From NCBI RefSeq assembly GCF_036971445.1, contig NC_091481.1, positions 60,450,001 to 60,514,000 on the forward strand: a DNA stretch of 64,000 bases, given 5' to 3'. This document shows positions 48,690 to 60,639 of the stretch, one piece after another. The DNA is from Narcine bancroftii. Taxonomy: Eukaryota. The notes beneath the pieces were generated by a model. That model saw only the letters and a program-made list of their open reading frames with translations, was not told where the DNA came from and did not search any database. Both the position numbers and the translations under genes were made by a program. Each line of letters starts with the position of its first letter. The first letter of the stretch is position 1.

Positions 48690-51600
48690 GATTTTTAATT
48701 AACCAAAAGACTGGAGTATAGGTCGACCAGTCCAGAATGTTCTGGGTCTGGCTTGGAGCCACATTTTAAGACATGCCAGTAGGCATGGCTACACTCTCAC
48801 CCAATCACAGCCATCCTATACTACAATATACATATATATATATATCCGTGATAGAATCCATACTATCACATTCACCCCTTCTTTGAGAACTGACCCTGGG
48901 GTGAATAGAGGGCTGTAAAAAAAAAAAGGGGGCAGGGGAGGGAGAGAGACTGGTGGGAGGTTAGGGGCTGTAACGGTTGGGGGGGGGGCCTGATCGTCCA
49001 GCGTGACTGCCGTGGTGCTGGGATTGGGGCCGCTGGAGTCATGTCGCTGGCTGGCTCCTTGGGTGTGTACACCGTCTCGCTTAATTTCCCAATGGCATTG
49101 TCGACAGGGTGGCCTGAGTTGTTGCCACTGCCGCTGGTGGGGTGGTGCTGATCCCTCTGTTCAAGCACGTGACCTGGGGGAGAAGGATTTGGAGGAGGTT
49201 GGGTTGGGAGCAATGCTGCGTCCGATCCGTCTTGGGCTAGGTCCCTTACTGAGACCATGTCCTCCCGCCCGCCCGAGTACTCAATGTATGCATAATGAGG
49301 GTTCACATGGAGCAGCGTCACTCGGTCAACCAAAGGGCCGTTCTTTGAGTACCAGACATGGAGTCGCAGGACACGTTCGGGAACCCTAAGCCATGCCGGC
49401 GTGGTTGTTCCCGATTCAAATTTCCTCAGGAAAGAGAACATCCTTTCATGGGGAGTGGCATTCATTGCTGTGCATAGGAGGGAGTGGATGGAGTGTAGGG
49501 CGCTAGTGAGTATGTCCTGCCAGCGAGCAGTAGGGAGGCCTATGGACCGGAGGGAAAGCGTGACAGCTTTCCAGATGGTGGCATTCTCTTTCAACCTGCC
49601 CATTACCATGTGGGTTATAGCTGGTGGTCCTGCTCAAAGCAATACCACGCTCCAGGAGATACTGCCGCAGCTCAGCACTCATAAACGAGATCCTCGGTCA
49701 CTGTGGATGTAACTGGGGTACCCGAAGATTGCGAAGATGCTGTGCAAGACCTCTATGACTGAGGAGGCTGTCCAAGCAGGGCACAGCAAACGGGAAGCGA
49801 GAGTACTCGTCAATCACCATAAGAATGTAGGTGTTAGGGTTGGTCAACGGTAGGGGTCCCTTGAAGTCCACACTTAGACGTTCAAATGGCCGGGTGGCTT
49901 TGATGACGTGGGTGTTCTCTAGGTTGAAGAAGTGGGGCTTGCACTTAGCAGACACCGGGCAGGCTCGGGTCATGGAGCAAATCTTCTCGACCTTGTAGGG
50001 CAGGTAGCGGGCCTTAATGAAGTGTGTGAACCTAGTGACCCCCGAATGACAGAGCTCCTCATGGAGTCTCTGCAGTCTGTTCAGTTGTATGTTGGCGCGT
50101 CCCTCTGGAGACCGCGTTTGGTGGGTCGTTGAGTTTACCAGGCCAGTACAGTATGTTGTAATTGAAGGTGGAGAGTTCGATTTTCCACCTAGCAATCTTG
50201 TCATTAACAAAGAAACATAGAAGATAGGAGCAGGAGTAGGTCATTCGACCCTTCGAGCCTGCTCCGCCATTCAACGAGATCATGGCTGATCTTAAAGTTC
50301 AGTACCCCGTCCCCGCCTTCTCTCCGTAACCTTTAATACCCTTATACTGAAGAGATAGATCTAATTCCCTCTTAAGTATATTTAATGAACCTGCCTCCAC
50401 TGCCCTCTGTGGCAATGAATTCCACAGATTCACCACCCTCTGGGTATAGAAATTCCTCCTCATCTCGGTTCTAAATGGTTTGCCTATTATCCTCAAACCA
50501 TGGCCCCGGGTTCTGGATTTTCCCATCCTTGGAAACATCCCATCTGCATCCACTCTGTCCAGTCCTGCCAGAATTTTATATGTTTCTATGAGATCCCCTC
50601 TCAATCTTCTAAACTCCAGGGAAGTACAATCCCAATTTGCGCAATCTTTCCTCATAAGTCATTCCTGCCATTCCAGTTATCAGCCTGGTGAATCGCCTCT
50701 GCACTCCCTCCATTGCAAGAACATCCTTCCTTAGATAAGGTGACCAAAACTGCACACAATACTCCAGGTGTGGTCTCACCAAGGCCCTGTACAGCTGCAG
50801 TAAGGTATCCTTGTTCCTATACTCAAACCCTCTTGATATGAAGGCCAACATACCATTTGCCTTTTTAACCGCCTGCTGTACCTGCATGCTCGCCTTCAGA
50901 GACTGATGTACAAATACCCCTAGGTCTCTCTGCACTTCCCCATCTCTTAATCTATTGCCATTCAAATAGTAATCTGCCCTCCAGTTTGTATTACCAAAGT
51001 GGATAACCTCACATTTATCCACATTGTAGTGCATTTGCCATGTATCTGCCCAGTCCCTCAATTTATCCAAATCACACTGGAGCTTTCTGACCCCCTCTTC
51101 CATGCACACAACCCCTCCTAGCTTAGTGTCATCTGCAAATTTGGAGATATTACATCCAATCCCCTCATCCAGATCATTAATGTAAATTGTGAACAGCTGG
51201 GGTCCCAGTACAGATCCCTGTGGTACCCCACTGGTCACCGCCTGCCACTCAGAAAACTAGCCATTTATCCCAACTCTCTGTCTTCTACCTGCCAGCCAGT
51301 TCTCAATCCACATTAATACTTTGCCCCCAATCCCATGAGCCTTGATTTTGGAAGGCAGTCGTTTATGCGGGACCTTATCTCGCTGGGTGTTGCTAAACAT
51401 GAACAAGACCGCGTGTTGGTCAGTCAGCAGTGTAAAGCGCCTGCCAGTGAGGTAGTGCCTCGAACGATGTACTGCTTCGACTATGGCCTGGGCCTCCTTT
51501 TCAACAGAGGAGTGTCGGCTCTCAGGGCCCTGGAGGGTCCTGGAGAAGAAGGCTACCGGCCGGCCAGCCTGGTTCAAAGTGGCCGCCAGTGCAAAATTGG

Positions 51601-52880
51601 ATGCATCACTCTCTACTTGTAATGGAATGGACTCGTCGATGGCATGCAGCGTTGCAGCAGCAATATCTGATTTGATGCGGTTGAAGGCCGCTCTGGCTTC
51701 AGTTGACAGGGGGAAGGAGGTGGCTTGATAAGTGGCTGTGCCTTGTCGGCATAGTGTGGAACCTATTGGGCGTAGTATGAAAAGAAGCCCAGGCAGCACC
51801 TAAGTTCTTTTTGGTGTGGGGTGGGGGGGGAGCTGGCAGGTCCATGAGGGGACACATGCGGTTAGGATCCGGCATTACCACCCCGTTCTCCATCACGCAA
51901 CCTAGAATTGCGAGCTGAGTGGTCCAGAAGACACACTTGTTGAAATTGTAGGTCAAGTGCTGCCTAGTTGCAGTCTGAAAAATTTTCTCAAGGTTGGCAT
52001 TATGATCCTCCGTGTCATGGCCGCAGATGGTGACATTGTCCAGATGTGGGAAAATAGCAGTCAGCCCATTCTGGTCCACCATCCGGTCCATTTCCCACTG
52101 GGGGCGGACTGTCGCTGGCAGGGGTGGAGTGGTTACAGACAGAGAGTGGGGCGTGAGGCCCCCCATAGTGCAGGGAAACCGTTCGGAACTGGCACTAAAA
52201 ATCCATTCCAGCAATACGGCTGTGCACAGTTGAAGGAGGACTAACATCAATAAATGTGATGGCTTGGACTTTCAGGGTCACCACGCAATACCCCTTTACC
52301 CCAGTCAAGTGTGATCTGGTCACCAATTAAATCTTTTGGTCAGTGGGGAGAATGACCAGTCTGCAATGTTGAGCCAGGTCTGGATGGATAAAGCTCTCAG
52401 TTGACTCCGAGTCAAATAAGCAGTTAGTACAGTGTCCGTGCACTTTCATCAATTCCATCGCTTTTGTGAGGGGATGGGGGCAGTCCTGGTCCAGGGTCGC
52501 TGATGCAGCGACCTGTGCTGGGGACAGTGGAGTCTTGCGTGATGATGTCATGCAGCGTCGGGCCTGAAGTGCACTACGTGTGCGTGGTGACGTCACTGGA
52601 GAAGTCGGGCTGCAACTGTCGGTGGCGAATGGCTGGGGCTGCTGCTTGCAGCCGGCTGGGGCCATCGGGCTGCAGTCGGCAGTGGGATGGTCGGTCGGGC
52701 AGTCATTGGCGGTAGCGGCGGTGGGCACCGGGTCAGTAGTGTTGGCAGGTACCTGGTCGGCGACATCGGTGACGGCAGTGAGTACCTGGTCGCGGCAGCA
52801 GTCACTGAAGTTAGGGCCGGGGTCGGAGCTGGGGCGGTTGTCACCAGAGTTGGGGCTGAGAAACCCACGATTGATGACAC
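48690..52880 (-). mobile_element. Degraded Gypsy-type LTR retrotransposon (PR-RT-RH-IN, PPT, 3' LTR)
   Basis: Protease-like LFDSESTESFI; RT PHLDNVTICG; RNase H ESDASNFAL...VAFFSRTL...LLTDQ; integrase HEELCHSG...C..C, PFERLSVDFKGP...IDEYSRFP; PPT AAAGAAGGGGTGAA (48884-48871) followed by TG at 48870. Confidence 0.85.
50206..51378 (-). mobile_element. Young 5'-truncated CR1 LINE inserted in the Gypsy pol
   Basis: GVPQGSVLGPQLFTIYINDL...SKFADDTKLGG...LVRPHLEYCVQFWSP...QRVVNLWNSLP; tail ttctatgtttct. Confidence 0.92.
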
Positions 52881-52884
52881 GCAT

Positions 52885-53085
52885 TTTTTCTTGGGAGACG
52901 TCACCACTTCCTGGTTGCACGTTACTGGGCAGGCAGTGATTCCGCAATGCACTGATGTCACTCCCATAGACCAGCGCGCCCCAGACAGGAAGTGGGGCGT
53001 CCCCTAAAAGCAGCATGAGAGTTTCAAATAAAGTCAGTTACTGGTTCACCCTCATGTTATGTGGACGTACTTCGTTTCAGTACCA
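52885..53085 (+). mobile_element. LTR fragment related to the 16.0-16.3 kb LTR
   Basis: Shares aataaagtcagttactggttcaccctc...atgtggacgt and ctgatgtcact with the reverse complement of 16.0-16.2 kb. Confidence 0.7.
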
Positions 53086-53474
53086 CCCTGTCGGTTTGTA
53101 GAAATGAATCGTTTGCTTCCATTAGCAAATTATATTGTGAAGCTATTCTGAGCTACTTGATTCATAGGGCAAAGTCTATAAGGGTAGAAAGATTAATTTG
53201 CAAAGATATTAATGACAGTAATGATCTTCCTGACAAAGGGCTTCAGGCAGGAGTTGCCTTTGGAGAGAAAGATGCACTGTCTCATCCCCTTCCACCTCAT
53301 CCTCTGAATAAAAGAAAATTAGGGATAACCTTTGAGAAATGTTTTTCTCAAATTCAATAGTGTACTCTTGATGGAAATTATTAAAATTCCAATAGAAGTT
53401 TCAAAATGTCAAATGGTGGGAATGCTGTTTTATCTCAGTTATAGCACTCTGCATTAGCTTTATGGAGTGGGACA

Positions 53475-54125
53475 TCATCGGCCCATTGAATCAGCTCCAC
53501 CATTCTAATCATGAGTTGATCCATTCTCCCACGCAGCCCCACTACTTGGCCTTCTCCCCGTAATCCTTCATGCTCTGACTAATCAAATACATGTCAATCT
53601 CAGCTTTAAATACACCCAGTGACCTCACTTCCACAGCTAACTCTGGGAACAAGTTCCACAGACTCACAACCCTCTGACTAAAGAAATTTTTCTGTATCTC
53701 TTAAATTGACACCCTTCCATCCTGAAGTTATGCCCTCTTGGCCTAGACTCCACTACCATGGGAAACAACCTTGGCACATCTACTCTGCCCAGGCCTTTCA
53801 ACATTCAAAATGTCTCTATGAGGTCCCCCCTCATCCTTCTGTACTCTCTAATGAATACAGTCCAAGGGCTGACAAACATTCCTCATATGCTAACCCTTTC
53901 ATTCCTGACATCACTGTAGTAACTCTTTTCTGAATCGTCTCCACCAGTTCGTCTTTTCTCAAAACTGTACCCAGTACTCCACGTGAGGTCTCACCAGTGC
54001 CTACCCTTATACGCTATTCCTCTAGAAATGAATGCTAACATTACATTTGCCTTCTTCACCACCTGGAGGTTAACTTTTATGGTATCCTGTACAAAGACTC
54101 CCGTCCCTTTGCACTTTTGAATTTT
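53475..54125 (-). mobile_element. CR1 LINE 3' fragment
   Basis: Collinear with 7510-7810 and 50.2-50.9 kb. Confidence 0.75.
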
Positions 54126-54444
54126 CCCCAACAAAAGAAACAATTCAAATTCAATCTGGCCACTGGTGTCTAAAAATCAATTTTAAAAAATTGGAGATGA
54201 AATAAAAATGTAGTATCAATGTTTTAGGTTAAAGACTCCCTCCACCCCCCCTCCCCCGATGTGATTTGTTGAGTACTCCCTGCTTTTAATTTTTTTATAA
54301 TAGAATGACATTTGTAGAAGGGTAAAGAGGTTGTCAACAACGTTATTAAATGCCGTCTATAACCTGATTATTGTTGCTGAGTTCAGCCATGCTGTACAAG
54401 ACATGACACAGGCGTACAGCTGTATTGAGAGTAGCAACCCTTGA

Positions 54445-55345
54445 GTCCCTTCCTGGGACTTAACATCCCACTTCATAACTGGATTCAGGTCTTCCTAACA
54501 GAAAGACCACAGCCTGTCTGGGTCAGCAGCAGAACGCCAAGCACCGTTACGCTGAGCAATGGCACACCTCAGGGCTGTGCTCAGCCCACTCCTGTTCACA
54601 CAACTGACTGCATCACCAAATCCGGCTCCAACGGAGTTATCCAAGTTTGCAGATGACAGAACAGTAGTTGGCCTCATCAGCAACAACGATGAGTCGCTTT
54701 GCAGAGAAGAGGTGGAACATCTTGTGATTATAGTGCAAGAATAACAACCTGAGTCTCAAAGCGGACAAGGCGAAGGAGATGATCGTGGACTTCAGGAGGA
54801 CCAGGAATGACCACCCTCCACTGCACATCAATAACAACTCTGTAATGGAGAGAGTGGAGAGCACCAAGTTCCTTGGAGTTGCCTTCACTAGTGACCTATC
54901 ATGGACACACATCTCCTCAGTTGTCAGGAAGGCGCAGCAGCGACTGCACTTCCTGAGAAGACTGATGCAGACATGAGTACCAGCCATCATCATGTCTCTA
55001 TCGAGACCGTCCTGGCCGGCTGAATCACAGTGTGGTACAGTTGCTGCAGAGAAATGGATTGGAGTCAATCCACAGGACTATAAGAGTGGCAGGAGGATCC
55101 CTGTTGCTCACATCAACGTGATCTACTGGAATCGTTGTCTGGTGGGTGCTCAAAATGATTGAGGACCCCTTCTACCCTACACACAATATCTTTCAGCTGC
55201 TCCCATCAGGAAAGAGATGCAGGAGTATCAGAGCCAGGACCACCAGGTTGTGTTATGTCTGTGTGTTTTTGCACTGAGGACTGGAGAATGCTGTTTTGTC
55301 GGGTTGTACTTGTGCAATCAGATGTCAATAAATTTGACTTGACAT
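54445..55345 (+). mobile_element. Rex1/Babar-like LINE fragment
   Basis: GTPQGC, KFADDRTVVGLISNNDE, MIVDFRR...KAQQRLHFLRRL; tail aataaatttgacttgac. Confidence 0.85.
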
Positions 55346-56094
55346 CAAGGCAACATTTGAATAGACTGGCATTTAGGAGCCTGGGTCAAGATTGGGTAGG
55401 ATTTAAGATTATTATTGAGCAGGGACCTAATTAGATCACAGTCACAAATACAGTGGTTATAAGAAGCTGGGCATTCTGTGATAAGTGACTTGCCTCCTGA
55501 TTCCCTAAAGGGTTTCCAGCATCTATGATCGGAGATCCTCATTTCACAATGGAATGAGTGTTGCTCAACAATGCTAAAGTCTGTCTTTACCCCACTGGAC
55601 ATTCCCTACTGGCTGCACTGTGCCATTTTGAAAATGCACCAAATGCTCCCAAATGTTTGACTTCTATAATCTAGGTGATCAAAAATGTGTAAATACCTTC
55701 ATTTGCAGGTCACATTCTTCCTGATGCAATGTTTTATCTCTGGTGCCAAGTCTAAATAACTCCTCATCCAACAAATTATTAGAGTCCCTTCACACAGAGA
55801 CTTCATCTCTTCAAACACCGCCTTCTCCAGGCTGCCTACTGATGACGATGCCTATGTCCCATTACTGAATAAAATTAATTCAAAACTAAAGAAGCAAATA
55901 AGAAGCAGGAAGTACTCATCAACCAAAGCAGTGGCTGTGGAAAGGCTTTAACCTGAAACATTGATATTTCTCATTGCATATGAACCAACCAAGTATCCCT
56001 TATCAGTCACAAGAATGTAGTGCCTAAATTACAAAATAGTATGGAATGCATAACTAAATCTATTTAATGTGGCTTGGTTGGCAATGCTAGCCAT

Positions 56095-56410
56095 TGTATA
56101 CCAGATGTTATGTATTCAATTCCCATGTGAAAGACCTGAGCACATTAAATCTATGCTGACACTTCAGTGCAGTACTGAGGAACTGCTGTGATACCTATGT
56201 TGTTATATCCTTGATACTTAACTGAAGAATTCAATTCTCTTTGAATAAATGACCCTGTACCACCATCCTGAAAGAGCAGGAATGTAATTACTGGTGTCTA
56301 GGGCAATATTTATTCATGAATTAATATCATCAACCAGTTACCTGTTCACTATAACACTGCCATTCTGTGAGCTTGTTGTTTTGTGTGCAGATTTACTGTC
56401 ATTATAATAT
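56095..56410 (+). mobile_element. Deu-domain SINE (SacSINE1-like)
   Basis: gacctgagcaca...gctgacacttcagtgcagtactgagg...gagcagg...tggtgtctagggcaatatttat. Confidence 0.6.
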
Positions 56411-57223
56411 AAAATATAATTATAATATAATTGCCCTTATTATAGACACTGTACAATAAAGTACTCAATTTTTCTAGGTACTTTGTTATTTTTAAACTTG
56501 ATCCTAATTAACAATGGAATAGTATATGATTCTTTTAAAGGAATTAATTGTACATAGGAAGCATGCAGATTGCTAGAGGTTAATTGGTCTGTAAATGGGA
56601 ATCTGGGGAGATGGGGATGGGGTGAATCCTACTGGCTGCTTTCATATAGAGCACAAAAGAATGCAATCCCTCTTGGATGGGTTACTCAGAGCAATGTCCT
56701 ATGACCATCCATCTTTACAACCTTTATTAATGACATTCCCACATTCATAATGCTAGAAATGGGAATATTCAATTTAATTGTGATAACATTGGCTGTCCTT
56801 GCCTGGACAGATTTTGTGCTCAGACCGATAAATGACAGGAACCATTTGCAACACAATAGTAGAAAGAAATGACCTAATAATTGATTTTCCATAACATTTT
56901 CTGGTCAAATTCCTCACCATCAACATCCTAGCGAGTCATCACTGTCCAGCCAATTATAAAACTGCAGCTTTAAAACTAGGTCAGGAGCTGTCAAGTAATT
57001 TACTTCCAAAGGCTTTCCACCATCTACAATGTACAAATCAGGAATGTAATGCAATACTCTCCCTCTGTCTGAATCTGTATTGCAACATCACATATACCAT
57101 CAAGGACAAAGTTAGTGTTCTTTATTGGTACTCCACTCTCTTAATTATTCATTCCTTCTACTGGTGACACACTTTCAGCTGTGTGTACAATCTATAAGAT
57201 GAAATAACACCTCCTAAAAATGG

Positions 57224-59106
57224 TCAATGGAATTCAATTCAGAGAAGTGAGGTGATGCATTTTGGAAGGTCAAACCTGAAGGCTGATTACAGGGGTAATG
57301 GTTATATAGTTAATAGCGTGAAGGAACTGAGGGACCTTTGGGTACATCTAAAGTTGCCGCACAGGTTGATGGGATAATTAAGAAGACCAATGGGATGCTG
57401 GGCTTCATTAGTCAGGAAATTGAGTTCCAGAGTCATGTTGCAGCTCTACAAATCTCTGCTGAGACCACACTTGGAATATTGTGTTCAATTCTGGTCACCT
57501 CATTATAGGAAGGAGGTAGAAGCTATGGAGAGGGTGCAAAGGAGGTTTACCAGGATGTTGCCTGGATTGCAAAATAAGTCTTATGAGGCAAGGTTAGCAG
57601 AGCTAAAACATTTCTCTTTGGAGCGAGAAGGATGAGAGGTAACTTAACAGAGGTCTACAAGATTCTGAGAGGCATAGATAAAATGGACAGCCAGCGCCTT
57701 TTTCCCAGGAAGGAGTATCAAACACCAGAAGACATCTGTACAAAGCGAAGGGAGGAGAATTTAGGGTGGAGATTATTACACAGAGAGTTGTAGGTGTATG
57801 GAATGCCAGGGGTGGTGATGGAGGCTGAAACATTAGGGGCACTTAAGAGACTCATAGACAGGCACATTCTCCATTAACAATGGCGTGAAGCAAGGCTGCG
57901 TTCTCGCACCAACCCTCTTTTCAATCTTCTTCAGCATGATGCTGAAACAAGCCATGAAAGACCTCAACAATGAAGATGCTGTTTACATCCGGTACCGCAC
58001 GGATGGCAGTCTCTTCAATCTGAGGCGCCTGCAAGCTCACACCAAGACACAAGAGCAACTTGTCCGTGAACTACTCTTTGCAGACGATGCCGCTTTAGTT
58101 GCCCATTCAGAGCCAGCTCTTCAGCGCTTGACATCCTGTTTTGTGGAAACTGCCAAAATGTTTGGCCTGGAAGTCAGCCTGAACAAAACTGAGGTCCTCC
58201 ATCAGCCAGCTCCCCACCATTTCATCGGATGCAAGGATCGACAACGAGATAGACAACAGACTCGCCAAGGCAAATAGCGCCTTTGGAAGACTACACAAAA
58301 GAGTCTGGAAAAACAACCAACTGAAAAACCTCACAAAGATTAGTGTATACAGAGCCGTTGTCATACACACACTCCTGTTCAGCTCCGAATCATGGGTCCT
58401 CTACCAGCATCACCTACGGCTCCTAGAACGCTTCCACCAGCGTTGTCTCCGCTCCATCCTCAACATTTATTGGAGCAACTTCATCCCTAACATCGAAGTA
58501 CTCGAGATGGCAGAGGCCAACAGCATCGAATCCACGCTGCTGAAGATCCAAATGCGCTGAGTAGGTCACGTCTCCAGAATGGAGGACCATTGCCTTCGCA
58601 AGATTGTGTTATATGGCGAGCTCTCCACTGGCCACCGTGACAGAGGTGCACCAAAGAAGAGGTTCAAGGACTGCCTAAAGAAATCTCTTGGTGCCTGCCA
58701 CATTGACCACCACCAGTGGGCTGATATCGCCTCAAACCGTGCATCTTGGCGCCTCACAGTTTGGCAGGCAGCAACCTCCTTTGAAGAAGACCACAGAGCC
58801 CACCTCACTGACAAAAGACAAAGGAGGAAAAATCCAACACCCAACCCCAACCAACCAAATTTCCCTTGCAACCGCTGCAACTGTGTCTGCCTGTCCCGCA
58901 TCGGACTTGTCAGCCACAAACGAGCCTGCAGCTGACGTGGACATTACCCCTCCATAAATCTTCGCCCCCGAAGCCAAGCCAAAGAAAGAAAGACAGGCAC
59001 ATGGATGAAATAGGAAGGGTTTAGTTTGTTTTTGGTAGGATTACATTGGTCAGCGCCACATCAAGGGCCAAAGGGTCTGGAATGTGCTGTAATGTTCTAT
59101 ATTCTA
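57224..59106 (+). mobile_element. CR1 3' fragment interrupted by an RTE insertion
   Basis: LYKSLLRPHLEYCVQFWSPHYRK; the 3' end resumes after 59002 and ends ttctatattcta. Confidence 0.8.
57868..58990 (+). mobile_element. RTE LINE, 5'-truncated
   Basis: GVKQGCVLAPTLF...LLFADD; 12-bp TSD AGACAGGCACAT; 80-nt internal deletion between two CACCAT microhomologies. Confidence 0.92.
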
Positions 59107-59609
59107 AACCCGTGACTTCTATCCCCATGAATCGCCAACACATCTCCAAGTTATCATCTTGTTGCTGAAGTATTTAATCATTCTTTCACTTTGATGAAAG
59201 TCTTGCAAATTGTTGCTGAAAAATAATCTGGACTTGCTAATGAAGCACACATTTCATGAATAATTTTAAAAAATTTCATGGGTGAATTGTATTAGTTCCT
59301 TAAGTTACATCACATTATATAGTCATACATACCTTGACTTGCAATCTTGATTTATAACCATTATTAATTTTAGAAGTTAACAACGTGAATAACTCTCCGT
59401 ATAGTTCCTGTATTACATCTCAATGTGACATACCAGTGATCATAATTTATGTCATTTTACCCTAATTTGTGCACTAATTTAACTGTTCTAAGATTGACTC
59501 TAAACATTTTCCTTGCTTAATTTCAAGATTTCACAAATTTGAGAATCAGATGAGGCATATATTAATTTCATAATTTGGCCTGCAAAATAAGCATCTATAA
59601 TAAGCCCTC

Positions 59610-60030
59610 CAAAAATAATGGACACAGTTCAGGACCTCACAGGAAAAACCCTCCCCACCATCGAGAACATCTACGGGGACCACTGCCGTCGGAGAGCAGC
59701 AGCAATCATCAAGGATCCCCACCACCCAGCACGTGCTCTGTTCTCGCTGCTGCCATCAGGAAAGGGGTATTGGTGCCACGAGACTTGCAGCACCAGGTTC
59801 AGGAACAGCTGCTCCCCCTCCACTATCAGACTCCTCAACGACAAACTCACTCAGAGACTCATTTAAGGATTTTTACTTGTGCACTTTATGTTTTTACTTC
59901 TCTATATTGCACAGTCAGTTGTTTGCATCATTTGTTTATATGCAGTTTTTTCCTACCTCACTCAGAGGAAAAAGAATCTCAGGGTTGTATATGATGTTAT
60001 GTACTCTGACAATAAATCTGAAATCTGGAT
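59610..60030 (+). mobile_element. Rex1/Babar-like 3' fragment
   Basis: IIKDPHHPARALFSLLPSGKG...RFRNSCSPSTIRLLN. Confidence 0.8.
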
Positions 60031-60639
60031 TGAAAGACACCAATAAACCTTTGATTGAATTATGCTTACTGTGAATGTTTTAAAAAAATAAATAAAAGGC
60101 TATAAATCAAATGCACAGAAGTCAGTTGCCCTGTAATTATACTCTTCTGAAGGAATCACTATATTCTAACAATTTTTGTTAGTGTAGAATTTCCAAGGAG
60201 CAACTGGCCCCAAATATAAAATAATTCTGGGAAAGACAACAATAATGGTATCTTTTATAATAAAATGATGAGGAACAATAACCCTATCAGTAAGAGGCAC
60301 ATAATTAGAGCAAGCAATATAAGGAAGATGGAGTTCATTGGAAACAATACCTGGGGTGTCAATGTATTAGGGAAATAGTCTGAAAATCTATTGGGTTGGT
60401 CCAAATTTTCCAGATTCTCGGACAGTACTTTTACAATTCGAATTTGAGGAGGAATAAAAATGACACGAACAGGTAAATTTTGATAGTTTATTTATTAGCA
60501 ATTACATCATGCTTCATTTATCAAAATGAGCAGCTTAAAGAAAGTTAAAGTCAACAAGCATGGTCACTTGTTGCTGCCCTGCATCTGTGGTGCTTACACA
60601 TGCATGGATGCACACAATTTCGAAAAATCCAGATTCGGG

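Noticed and set aside
55722-55730. Perfect ATF4 response element TGATGCAAT upstream of MPST (another at 16961)
   Set aside because: An exact 9-mer is expected about 0.5 times by chance in 64 kb on two strands, and the second copy lies in a repeat; no independent support.
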